Notes: generated by a model from the letters alone, not told the origin. A stretch of DNA of 63,615 nt, filler included, from Sluysia triapertura (GCA_046118255.1; 5 parts of 5 records of this genome joined end to end with filler, not necessarily neighbours in it), one strand, 5' to 3'; numbered from the whole stretch's first letter, positions 27,159-40,492 are shown. A program made the numbers and translations.

Positions 27159-27710
27159 GTGAATTTTATAATAGTAATTTTGACGTTACAAATCAATCTC
27201 AAATATATGTCCGAATTTAGTTTTGTGTATAATAAAACCTTTTTCTTTAGTTTTTACAAATTCTTATTTAACGTGTCAGAAAAAATTAAATTATTATTAA
27301 TTGCAATTAAGTACCTCAAGAATAATATAAGGATTAATAAAATTAATATCACACATGTTATACTATTATATTTTAAGTTAATGGATAATAAGTATAACTG
27401 TATCCATCTTATATTAATGAATTTATTCATCACAACTTCTAAATTGGAATACACATATTATAATAGGTTACTCTATAACAAAGCTGTAGTGTTTAATTCA
27501 AAACTAAATTACATATTGCCTTTATCACTCGGTCGAACAAATATACTACCTAACCGGTCTGAACAAAACATCATACACAAACCTTCATATTGGAAAGAAG
27601 TTTTAAACATTCACAAACTTCCAAATTGGTACAAACCATTAAATATTAACAAACTTCTAAATGAAGCAATAAAAATATTGTACACGAAACAAACAGAGAT
27701 ACAATTATAG
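27159..27710 (+). other. arm B of cargo-element copy 2: 183-codon open frame with IHKLPNWY motif
   Basis: SEQNIIHKPSYWKEVLNIHKLPNWYKPLNINKL aligns with SKIDRNIKHLNWYHIKLIIHKISLPNWYLDLNLKL at 58438-58845. Shared DNA 11-mer CCAAATTGGTA. Confidence 0.55.
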
Positions 27711-27799
27711 TTGGATACCTCGCAATCACGCGATTACTCATTCTCATCACAATAGTCCTTTTGTTTTTATGTTTTATTCTGTTGATTTGATCGCCTATT

Positions 27800-28880
27800 C
27801 CGATCTTAACATCCTAAATGATTTTAAATTTTAATGATTCATTTTAAGTAATGATTCATCGTATCAATAATGTGAGCTGTATCAATAAAAGCATAAAAAT
27901 TTGAATCAAAAATGGCATTACAAGCCTGAACACTAACCAACTCATCATCAGTAACAAATAAAAGTCGTCTCTGTTTGATTCGATTACTTTTTAGTAAGTT
28001 AATTACGAAACATTTTTGTACGATTAATCAATTTCATAAATTTTGTAGCCTGAATCCCTTTTTAGGACAGGGACATCATTATTTCGTACATTATGTATTA
28101 TTAATTTCAAAATTTCACTCTGATAAATTGTTTCAAAATCGTCATGTATACTCTCACTAGGTCTTTTACTAAAACTTCGAACTACAACGATCACTAATTT
28201 TAAATTGCAAAATTTATTTGAGAGTCTGCCACAACGCGAAGGTTATATTCCATCTTACTTAGCACCATGTTATTCGTTTACGAAAAGTACGAAATAAAGA
28301 CATAAAAATTTGAATAAAAAATGGCACTACAGGCCTGAACAAACACTAACTCATCATCGGTAACAAATAAAAGTCGTCCCTGTTTGATTAGACAACTTCT
28401 TAGTAAGTTAATTACAAAACTCGAATAAAAATTTTTATACGATTGATCAATTTCACAAAGTTTGTAGCCTAAATCCCTTTTTAGGGCAGGGACACCGTTA
28501 TTTGGTACTTTACGTATCATTAATCTCAAGCTTTCGTTCAAAAGCATTATGCATAGTCTCACTAGATCTTTTACTAAAATTTAGAACTACATAAATCATT
28601 AATTTTAAAATTGTAGGATTTATCCCAGATTCAACCGCAACACGAAGATTATATTCCTTCTCACTTAGCTGACCCGAATGAACTCGAACAAAAACACGTT
28701 CTGACGCAGTTTCTAGTATAGAATTGTATAATCTTACCACAAACGTCGGTATTGTGGCGATCCAAGCGCTATTTGTATTCTCAACAAACCATCGTTTGTT
28801 ATACCAAAATTCGAGCCTTCAATAAGTACTAGTTTGATTAAATGATCATATTGCTTAAATCCATCTATTATAGGTCGAAA
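27800..28880 (-). mobile_element. degenerate MULE-like transposase fragment with internal ~380-bp tandem duplication
   Basis: GRLLFVTDDELVFVQACSAIF resembles the MULE DDE motif (hhTD.E.Ah..Ah..hF). 27885-28263 and 28294-28669 are diverged direct repeats. Confidence 0.55.
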
Positions 28881-29757
28881 ACATTTAAAATAATTAATGA
28901 AATTTAAAAATTAAACTGAATCGCCTTCGTTTCGTCAATTGACCTATTTTTCTAAATTATATATTTTGTAATTTTTTTGAAAAATATTTGCTTCATATTA
29001 AAATAAAATTAGCATAAAGTACATTGCAAAAATTACAAAAACAAAAACAAATAAATTATTCTTTCAAAATCATATTGAATAGTCACATTTATAACAATTA
29101 TTTAGAATCTATATAAACTTTAACAACATTTTTTTGTATTTCATGTGAAATCTTAATGTAAAAATAATTTTTATTTTATTTATGAACAATATGATGATAT
29201 ATTATAGATAAAATTTATATGTGAATTTATTGTCATAATTATTTATAAGCTTTATATAAATTTATATAAAATTTGTTTTCCTTTTTTTAAAAAAAATTAA
29301 TGAATTAAATTACATTACGTAACTAAATAAAGAAGTTATGTGTGTGAAATTTTTATATTTTATTACTAAATGTGTTCAGTAATTAACCACATAAAATATG
29401 AATAAAAATCAGAGATCTTTTATATTTGATAAGTATTTTGGATATTATGTGTAAGAAAATGAACTTAAAATTGTTAAAAAACGATTGAAAGATTGAAAAG
29501 GAAAAACTATCCATATATTTATCAATGGATTATAATTTTAGTAATGATTTGGATTCTATGGAATGAGTATTATTATATTCATGCATGCCAGTTACTTTAA
29601 TTTCTAATTATTGCATTATAATTAAATATAAGTAAAATCTCAGAACTCCTTTGTCTCAAATATAATGTCTAATGATCTTTTGAGTTAAGCATAATTGAAT
29701 TGCTCTAAAAATAAAATAACACTTGTATAGTGAAAAGAAAATATTCGACTGAGCTGA

Positions 29758-30812
29758 TTGATCACAGAAGAAATTGCTTTAGATGACAGAGGTAAATATC
29801 ATCTTAGAATGTTGAATACTAGGAAACAAAGAGAAGACGAAACTGTTTACCAGTTCGCATGTGCGTTAAAATGTTTAGTAGCAAGGGCGAAAATACCTAA
29901 TGATAAGAAAGAAGCAATGTTAATAAATAAACTTAAGAAAGGTTTAAGACCCGAATTGCAAGTACGTGTAAGTTTAATAGATAACAAACCGTTTAAAGAA
30001 GTAGTAAAAACATTAAGGGTTATTGAAAGATCACAAAAAGAAACTGAAAAATCACGGAAAGAAAAAGGAAATATAAATTATATAGATAATAATAAGGTTA
30101 AAACTATTAATTTAAGACTATTTTGAATAAATTTCAAAAAAATAAAAGAGGTTTAAACAGTTGTAGTTCAAGAAACAATTATCAGAGTCAAGGAAAAAAT
30201 TACCAAAATTCAGGCAGAGATTATCAAAATGCAGACAGAAACTGTCAAAATACAAGAAGGACTACAAGAGGATTCTCCAGAAATTATTCGAACAGAGATT
30301 ACGAGCAACGGCGGCCTCCCAGGTGGCCAAGTAATGATAGAAAAAGAAATAATAATGACAGAAATAAAAGTCCATCCCGATCAAATTATAATAATTACAA
30401 CACAATAACTAATACCGAAGGAGAAATAATATGTCATAACTGTAACAAACCAGGATATTATGCCCGCAATTGTAACAAGTTGAAATCCGAAACTTTCAAG
30501 CAAAATCTCAATGAAAACAGACAAAGGTCTTCCAGAAGAGTAAAGTTTAAAGACAAGAGACAGATCAATTGTAATTACGACGAAGATTATGAAGATTTTG
30601 GCTATGAAAAGTATCCAAGAAGACTAACTGATGAAGAAGAGAAAATGTTACGTGAGTTTCGTAGAGCAACGTTAGATACTATGGATATGCACAAAGAAAG
30701 GAGAAAAACAAAGACAGAACAAGAAGACGAGGATGAAACATTCATCAATTACTTTTTTCGAAAAAAGGAGAATGAAGATAAAAAAACGTATTATATATGT
30801 ATCCGTAACTAA
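29758..30812 (+). mobile_element. Ty3/Gypsy-like gag remnant (frameshifted, no pol)
   Basis: RKQREDETVYQFACALKCL...KLKKGLRPELQ is a retrotransposon capsid motif. Arg/Asn-rich linker. Zinc knuckle CHNCNKPGYYARNC has H replaced by Y. Frameshift at ~30111-30126. Confidence 0.8.
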
Positions 30813-32772
30813 AAATCTTTTAACTTATCGTTCACCAAATTACTTATAAACTTCAGTATTAAATAACGAATGCAAAACAAATGTATTATAAAACTTTAAA
30901 AGATTAAATACACTACAAAAGAAAAATTAAATACAAAAACCAAATAATATATATTTTATCCAGAATGATTCTTGGATTTAATGTGTTAGATTTTTAGTCG
31001 GATTTTGATGCTACTTATCGAAGCAATCCTTAAAAATTATTATCTTACTTTGATTACACAAGATAATATCTGGAATAATATCTTTAATCTTGAGATGAAC
31101 TATCTTCTTGAATTTCCAATTGAAATGAATTCTGGAACAAATACTCAACTAAATTTTTAAATTAAAATCGATAACGCCTATAATCCAACTTAAATTCTAC
31201 AAATTATTTTTTGTGCATCTATTATTTAACTTACTGTCTTTTTATACCGTTGTAACGGATGGATTTTGTCTTGATGAATCAAATAATTAAATAAACTTCA
31301 GATTTTACACTTTGGACTATCCACCTTTAAATTATATACTTTGGTCTTTTAAAATAAATAATAATTATTTAATAAGATTTCGGTTCGAAATATAATTACT
31401 GTTAAAAACATTAATTATCAATTATTACTAAAATATAAAATTTTATTAATTGATATTTATTACTAGAAATATAAAACATTAAGTTTATTTACAATTAATT
31501 AAAATGTTAACTTTATTAAACTTATATTAAAATATTTATTACACTTAATTAAAATATTAACTGTATTTACATCATTTATTTACAAAACTTTATTAAATTT
31601 ATAACGTTAATTTTATTTACAATTTATTTATTGTATTTTTGGTACTAACATTTATCTGTGCTGTGTAACCCCTGAGAGTGACTATTACAATTGAATTTTA
31701 TTTTATTAATTGTTGTAAAATACTGTGTTATATTGACTTAATCATTATTTGATTTTTGTTGTGATATATTGTGATATAGTTATAATATATTGAGATTGAG
31801 ACTTATTCAATCGTCTTTTAAAATTTAAACAGGTAAATAATAATAAAATAATAAACAGGTAAAAAACACAACAGCAGGAATGAATTCACTATGCTGATGA
31901 GGTTTCTTAATTATAGATGTTAAGTTTTGCGTTTCATTTTAATTTTGACTTATCGAATCTAAATGTTGATTTGATTAACTTTATTTTCATAAAAAACTTA
32001 TTTCTGCGTTATTTATTTTGTTTTGGGAATTGTTATACGTTTAAAGCATTTACTAATAATAAAGGAAGCTTCAGAATGCTTTTTAATAATAGCAAATCTA
32101 ACACATAATAGAAATATTTAAATAAATGAACTTTTAGACAGCTTCATTACACGAAAGATCACAACCTACCATTTATTCTATGAAATAATGTCTAATAAAC
32201 GATTCCACCCCAGAATTCAAAAGAAGCATGACTATTTTATTTCATCACCTAACTTTCTATAATGATACTGTTTTTTAATTGAAGCAATGAATTACAATGA
32301 TCACTTAATGTGGTTGCAGATAATCATGTTGAAATTATTCCATTTAAAAATCACAAAATTGATTTATTATTTACCCATTCCTTTCTTATTTTGATTAATT
32401 AATAGTTAGTCTTGTAATTCTTATAGATAATATAGTTATATGTCGGTATTAATGATTTTAAAGCATCAATCATACAATTCTTTTGTTTTACTGAATAACG
32501 ACTACTAATTTGAGGGTACCATTTCCTATATAAATTATTGTACTTTTGCGACCTTCATATTGACAAAGATTATAAATTTTTTATATGTAAACACCAAGTT
32601 TATATGAAAACTAAATTAATTTAATAATTTAAGAGTTTAATAGAAGTGATAATCGCCTATTCAATAATTAAGCAAGTAATTATATAATACTTACATTGTA
32701 ATTTATATAATTGTAAGAATTTTAAAATTTTAATTTTTAAGCTTGAAAACTAATATAAGTTATATTTTACTG

Positions 32773-33730
32773 ATGGATATTGTAGGTTATACATATGCAG
32801 CATTTATTATTACTGGTGGAATATTTGGATATGTAAAAGCAGGTATCGTTAGCCATTATTGAATTTATTTAATTAGGAAGTATGCATTCGCTAATTTCAG
32901 GATTAGGTTTTGGGCTTTGTGCTGCATGTGGTGCTTACTGTATTTCTGGAAATCCAAAAAATGTTTACGTCATGCTTTGTACTTCTTCAATGCTTGGAAT
33001 AATAATGGGATATCGTTATTTTAAGTCTGGGAAAATGTTTCCAGGTGGAATTTATACAGTTATCAGGTTTGTGATATGAATCAGTATTTATGTTTTTGTC
33101 TATTAATTTCAAAATAAAACTGAATTTATTGAGACAAAAAGTAAAAAATATATATACTTCTTAGTACAAGAAAGTTTTATAGTATTATAAGTGAAAAAAG
33201 AATTAACACTATATGTTTTATACAGAATTAACTTTATGTCTTTTCGTACCTTGATTGGTCAATAAGTGCATACGAAATAGGTGTGTTTTAAAAAGGTTTA
33301 AACTAATATATTTTGATACTGAATCACGATGTCAAAATATTATGTAAATTAGGCGAAGTTAAAGTGTCAGGGTGTTTTGAAGATCATTTATAGATATTCG
33401 GGAACCCTCTATAATCCTCAGTGCGATCTTATTGCTCAATAATATCAAATTACTTGATGCAACACCACATGTCGCAGTCCATACCTCACAATATAATCTG
33501 TATAATAAAATCGATTTTGTTTTAAAATTATGCTTACATAAACAATTTCTATTTATACTAAAAATACTATTCCTTCATTTATGTATCAAATGATCTCATC
33601 GCAGAAGTTACATTAAATTTTATTCTGTATTTGTGTGAGTTTATTCATAATTTTAATGATTATTTCGAAAATATATTTGTAATATATTTTATGTTGAAGT
33701 TTACTGCATGCTTTCATGTCGACAAATTGA
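32773..33730 (+). CDS. TMEM14C: transmembrane protein 14 (TMEM14C-like); exons 32773-32842, 32877-33066, 33700-33730
   Basis: Spliced product MDIVGYTYAAFIITGGIFGYVKAGSMHSLISGLGFG...GNPKNVYV...MGYRYFKSGKMFPGG...SLLHAFMSTN*. GGxxGYVKAGS and RxxxSGKxxP are TMEM14 hallmarks. 34-nt GT-AG intron 1. Exon 3 is tentative, and the paralog assignment is approximate. Confidence 0.9.
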
Positions 33731-35019
33731 TTTTATTATGACAAATTCAAATTAATACTGAAAATTAAATTAATGCCAAGCATCGAAACTCATAGAAACC
33801 AAAAGTGTTTAACGAACGTAGTTATGATCAGATAAAAGAAAGAAAAGTTAGAGCTTAATTGTTATTCAACATCTCGAAACTGATCTAGATCAAGTGCTTG
33901 AATCGTGCTCCATTTTTATTAATGATTCAAAGCTCAATATTTGGTAATGATATTTTGAATTCCTAAGTTGAATAATATCGAATAATAATACAGAAAACAT
34001 CAACAAATTTTATAGAATTATAGTTAAATGAAAGATAACGTGAAACTCATTTATAAATGCAGTTTAAAGAAGATTTAAATTTTAAAGGCAAATATCTTTC
34101 ATTCATATTTATAGATGATTTAAGTATTAAAGATTTGTAAACTACTTATTAATTTTCATAATATTTTATATAACGTTTTGTACATTGCATAAAATTAATT
34201 ACAAATATATGATTATAAATATTTATAATTATAAATATTGCCATGATAATATCAATTACTGGTTTAGTATCTTAATATAAACCGAAGCCGATTAATGGAC
34301 GTACGAATTATTGGACCGAATTGAATTTAGTCATTGATAATTACACTAGTCGTACTATATTATATGCCTTATGGTACAGGAGTTTTAATTATGAATACAT
34401 TTATTTTCATGGAAAGAATTTTCACTGCAACGATGAATCAATAACTGTTTTATCAAATAGAAAGAGGAAAATGAAAACTAAATTTTGATGTACAAATACA
34501 TAAATAAATTTTAAGGACAGACTGATGAAATAGCACTTAATTCTCCAACATTCGACACATCTCATGGAAAATTCAAAGGAAAACTTGGAAATGTTGAAAA
34601 TTTTCACTCTAAGAAAATTCGTGAAAATAAAATGAAGCTTATGTGTACATCTTAAACAAAGCTTGTTATATGCTTGTTTTACATTTCAAAATTCCTTTAA
34701 GTAAGTATGAGTTACTCGTCAATGAAGTTTCAATTACGCAAGTATACATTTTTCATTTTTTGACAATATTGACTTATTTTTAAGAATTATAATTTACTTA
34801 AGAAAATTAAACTAATTTGACTTCGCAGTATTTTGTTTATTACTTACCGTTTTCTCAATACTATTTTGAGATATTAAACAAATCATTTATATGCAAATAT
34901 TTTGTGTAATTTACAATAAAATTCGCTTATTCTTCTTTTGAAGCATTAGAAATTTAATGCTGCACCATTTATAAATGATGTTTAATCTAAAACTAAATTT
35001 GGAGTACAAACATTCATAA

Positions 35020-37480
35020 TAAATTCAAAGAAGAAAAGGAAACCCAAAGGTACGAGAAGTAATAGTTAAGTTGGATATTGAAGGGAATGGTCTTTATAGA
35101 TATTAAAAGAAGATTCTAGGGATAGACTGATACACTGGCGTGCTAAACCAGTAATATCAGTTTCATGGAAACCTAACTTTTTAAGGACAGCATCATTTTC
35201 TGGATCCCAAGAGCTCCAACTACAAATGCATCTAAGAAGTATTTAAGTTGGTCTTGGAGTTCTTGCCTCAGTCAAAATACATGGTAATATTAAATGTTAG
35301 GGCCGCCTGAAGTTTGATATTCATGAGAAACAGTTGTGAAGAATTAGTATCTTGCACTTGAATATCAGGTCACCTATAATTTCCAACTAACTGGGTTTGG
35401 GTATCTTTTACACCGAGAAGCCCATTTGCTTTAGTTTACTAAGTAAACAAACATTATACAATTTTATTATGTTTTACTGTACGGTCAGTGGTGGTATACA
35501 TAGCAAGAGTTTCTCGTTCGAAGCCAAACCAACGGCAGGTAAGGGGATGATTAAGTCGAGTGTTTTGGGGACAAAATTTTAGTTTCAGGCTTTAGTCATG
35601 AAAATCCAACACTGGTTTCTTAATTGTAGGGAAAATGACGACTACATAGAGGACCTCATGAAACATTAGACCAAGCGACTTTGAACTTTACAGGATTTCC
35701 AGGAATTGGTGTTGGAAAGGTTAATCAGCTCATACAGATATTTCCTTACTATATCTTTATGCAACCGATTAAGAGTGACTTTGCAATCACCAAGGATGTC
35801 ACATTTAACATTCAGTTTAATGTGTTCCTCACAGTAAACGAAGCTGACACTGATTTTATATTTTCAGGTGAAGGATTGATTGGCGAATTTTTGTCCACCA
35901 TGTTTGAAGTCTTGCGCGTTTGTTGGCTTTAGCACCATTTAGCTATAAAAGGAGATCAAACATTATCAACCATATTCAGTCTGTGAGAGGCGACTCGGAG
36001 TATTTCCTGAAAAGCTAGGATGCGAATTAGAGTTCGACTATTAAAAAGTCGGAAGGCACAGACTATATTCTGGCAAATACAGTCATTGTAATAGGAAATT
36101 AAACTGAAGCCACTTTGATTTTTATGGACAACGAAAAAGGAAAGTTTTCCAGACCGAGAAAGCCCTTCAGTATATGATGCATTTTCTCATCATATCTAAT
36201 AGTTTGCGGAAGGCTCTTGGATTGCCTTGCATGAGGACTAGATAAGGTTTGAGTGTTTATATTCATATTGCGCAAATGAAAGGGAAGGTGCGAGTAAATA
36301 AAGTTGCGAAACATGATGAATTTGTTTCTGCAACTTAAAGTAGATTCCTGTATTTTACGGCCAGGGTTAAGTTTTCATTGAGAAGGTCAATCAAATTATG
36401 TTTCTCGAGTTCGTCAAAGGGAACATCCAGGTAGATAATGTTTTCCATCCATCGTGTTCAAAACTGGTGTATCATTGATAAAAATGGAAAGGTTTGTATT
36501 ACCTGGAATAACGTGAAAGTAGAAACATTTGTTAGGGCAAAAGATGAGATTCGCAGATTTCGCATGTTCTACTATGGATATAAATGTTCGCTGGAGGTAA
36601 CAATTAGTTCAATATCATCTACAAAAGCAAGATAATGGATAATGACATTCCTCTAATTGATATTGAACCTTGACCAGAACTAAATCTTTGAAAGAGATAA
36701 TCAATGCTAGACAGGTCATGGAGATAGACCCATGAGTAATAGAGCGTGCGAGATCAATTAGTGGGGCACATAGCGAAAGGCATTGGTTAAATCAAGAAAT
36801 AATACGTGGAGCTAAGTTTTATTAGATTTACGGTGATTGAGAGACGCATTAATTTCCTGAAGGTAGTGTAGTAAGAAATTATTCTGTTACACAAAGGCTT
36901 TCTAGGATAACCTTTGGGTAAGTAGGAGTAAATAGAGCTGTAGGAATTTGGGGTATAATAGTAGTCGCAGAGAGAATGGGAATATCAACATCTTTAGGAA
37001 GATAAGGAGGAATAGGCAAAGGTTCTGTGTCATTGAGTTTGACACAGTAATATGTATTATCACTTAGTGTGATAATAAGGTTGTTGGTGAAGAAACCCTT
37101 AGTAATATATAGGGAAATTTCATCATTGCTTCAGTACGAGACGCCAATTTTATTGTGTTTGATGGTTTCTCTTTCATTTTGTTGGAGTAGGACCTGGCGA
37201 TTACTATTATCTCTACGTGGTAATTGTGGTCTAGGTCAATTACTCCTGATCTTTTTTAGGACGCTGTGTGCTAGTAGGTGGCAGTCTTTCCTGGACTTTG
37301 CAACTTGGGCCGCAGTTGCATGTGGTGGCGCAGTTGTGACACTCCACTGATGAATGTAGGTGGGTAGTTTCATGGATTTTGTAACTTGGGCAAGTTATTT
37401 TCCTTTTGATATCCTTCCATCGTGGAATGCAGATGGGTGCGAAGTCCTTGGGTTTGTCAGCTTTTACAAATATCGCTTTC
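35020..37480 (-). mobile_element. degenerate tyrosine-recombinase (DIRS-order, possibly Ngaro-like) retrotransposon
   Basis: GC-richer block with minus-strand remnants in order: Cys/His-rich gag-like region (~37200-37480), RT AFVDDIE (~36608-36628), IIYLDVPFD, LKGFLGLENF. Then YR-like WFGFER, SKLKQMG, and HL*VGALG...LGFHETDITGLAR...SLESSFNIY (HxxR ... G-x5-I-x2-L ... Y pattern). Confidence 0.7.
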
Positions 37481-39470
37481 TTTAGCAGGACTGTAATATT
37501 ACTAATTTAGTATGGTACAAATACGCTGACAGTCCTTTTATAGAATTTGTATTCTGATATTGTACCGTCATTAGTATCAATAACAAAGAGAGAGAAGTGG
37601 GTCCTAATGTAGATAATTTCAGAAATAGTAGTGACCCAGCCATTTGTAATATTTTTATTATCACGAACAATCATAAATTTACATAAAACTCATCCCAAAA
37701 TATGTCTTATACCTCATCGTCTCACCACATCTAAAGCACATCTTAAACAACATCACCTATACATTCAATATAAATTACAAATATTATTACTTAAATTATA
37801 AAATTTAAGTTATTCTGTTGTTACTGATCACCTTTATATAAATCATGGTTCATCATCACTGAAAGAGCATTCATTAATCTACTACCTAACATTGATTTCT
37901 GCGTACTTACATGCGATGGTAATTCGAATTTAAAATCGTCCTGTTTTTTTATCTCTGATTTCCTTCAACTATGTTTAATGATCCAAACATATTTAGTAAT
38001 TCGAACAACGTTCTACAATTTAATAATTAAAGCTTCAAACATAATTGAACTCCACCAGTTAACGGATTTATATTTATAATATGTTGTTATGTTTGTAGTT
38101 TTAAGCTCAATAAACGCAATTTATTTTTATTTTTATTTTGATCTGACCTCTGTAAACGGCCTCTGTTAAGAAGATAGAGTTTTTGAAAATTTTAATAAAT
38201 TTATTTTATTTCAAATAAAGTTGGACTTTAAATCCGAAATCAATAACTTTTCAATGAAACTTAAAATTTTTAAATGTCATTAAATCAATACTTCAAAAGC
38301 CCCACTTTCGATCATTAACCACAACACAGACATGTTCTAGGATTGGTCTTTTAAATATGTAGGGTGCACAAGAAAAAAAAAAGAGCCACATGTTCTTTGA
38401 ACTAGGACCTCCATGCGTGGTTTAGAACGGGCAAGAATATACGTGTTTTGAGTGGTATAACAACTCCACATAGAATGGGAGAAAAAAGATGGGATGAATG
38501 GCAAATCCTTACATCTATTACAAAAGAGGGACGACAACAAAGAAATAAAAATAAGAATAAAAATGATTGGCTTACATAAAGGATGAAATCAACATATAAA
38601 CAAATAAAGTGCAAACATTCGAGAAACAAATGTAGGATCGCAACAGATTTTAAGAAATATACAACTTGTGCAAAACCCTGACCCAGATCCCAGCGATGAA
38701 CCATCTTCGGTTCCAAAAATGCAGCAACATTGGTAGGATTAGGTGTGTCATTCTCAGTACAATTTTTATCCAATCAGAAATAACTGGAACAGAAACAACT
38801 ACTGCCTGGCATCCACGAGCAGCGACATCTCTATCACCTTTATGATTTGTGCCAAGTTCATTTCGTGTTGAAGTGCAAGAGCTGTGTCAGCATCGGTATC
38901 ATCTTGTATATCTGGATCATCGTTGTCATCATCACCTTCGTCCTTACTCATATCTTTGCAAAATACCTCTAAGTCAATCCACCTAACACGAAACTATGTA
39001 TATTTACAAGCAAAAGATGTTCTGTTAGGATTGTTTAACTTAATGGCATATTACGTTTATATGAAATATTCTTATACTTAGAAACGTAGCAAATGTTTTC
39101 TGTTTCTGATAAAAAAAGAAAAATTATCAAATTTATCAAGTAAATTAAACTAGTCATTTTGGTCCAGTATATAAAGCAAGATTAAGCTTCTTAATATTCT
39201 GCTGATGGTTTTAAATTCAGGTTAATCCCGCCGATTATGGTATAGTACAAGGATAGTGATTTTAAGTAATATTTTAATCCTTTTATTACAATAAGGATTC
39301 AAAACTTATGCAAAACAATCTTCCTTTCCCGACATGGACTTGAGATTAATATTGAATTGATTCCGACGATTGATTCCCAAATTAATGTAATTAGCGAAAT
39401 TAATGTCAGTATTACGTCAGTTTTCTGTTTTTTTCTATTTATAGTAGAGGCAGACATGTTCTCCATTTTC
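37480..39470 (-). pseudogene. fragmented spliced gene or pseudogene of unknown product
   Basis: GC-richer exon-like blocks with splice signals: acceptor near 38983 before WIDLEVFCKDMSKDEGDDDNDD..., GTAAG donors near 38575 and 37910. In-frame stops are present and no family is recognised. Confidence 0.3.
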
Positions 39471-39895
39471 AACAATGATTGATTTAAACAATTGTTTAAT
39501 ATTTATTAATTTTGTTTTTACACTTTGATATTTTGCACAATTTTTCAATATTTACAATTTATATTTAATTTTTTATTTTTATTTGCAATTTAATTATAAT
39601 TTGTCTATAATACATATACTGATTTTAATAACAGTAACTAAAGTGTATTTTAATAATAAAAATCAAATTCCAATAATAAAGCGCAACATATTTATTTATA
39701 TTTGTTCTATTATAAAATATGCATTGTGTGTTACGTTTTAATTCATACCATCAGAGACCAGTTCATAGCTAACTATTTCAACTAACTGCAATTATGTATG
39801 AATAAAAATTACTCATATTAATTAAAGTTTACGATACTTGCGATAAATTGATTGAAATTAATATAATCGTAATAACAATTATAATCGTAAAAACA

Positions 39896-39995
39896 NNNNN
39901 NNNNNNNNNNNNNNNNNNNNNNNNNNNNNNNNNNNNNNNTTAATTAATTAANNNNNNNNNNNNNNNNNNNNNNNNNNNNNNNNNNNNNNNNNNNN
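39896..39995. other. artificial contig linker N44-TTAATTAATTAA-N44
   Basis: Same 100-bp linker. Confidence 0.97.
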
Positions 39996-40028
39996 TTATT
40001 ATTATTATTATTATCATTATTATTATTA

Positions 40029-40072
<44 letters not shown>
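39996..40072. repeat. (ATT)n microsatellite at contig start
   Basis: ATT array with occasional ATC. Confidence 0.95.
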
Positions 40073-40119
40073 TAGTTTGATTCTGTATGGAGTAGCATTG
40101 CCGAAGAATCAAATGTTTG

Positions 40120-40152
<33 letters not shown>

Positions 40153-40449
40153 AAATTATAAGTATATAATAAATTGCTCCAAGAATTCTAACAATCTCAG
40201 GAAAATCTTAATAATGTGAGAATGGAAAAGAAATATTAACAAAAATATAATAATAAATGATAATAATGATAATGATAATGATAATGGTTAATTTGATATT
40301 CAAAATAAAATCTATACAATCTTAAAACCAGTAAATTCAAATTCAATTACGTGTGTTCTTAAAATAGAATTTAATTTGTACATTTTCAAATCGAATTTAA
40401 TTAGTATGTCCTTTTGAAAACAATAATAAAATACCATCTCTAATTATTA

Positions 40450-40492
<43 letters not shown>

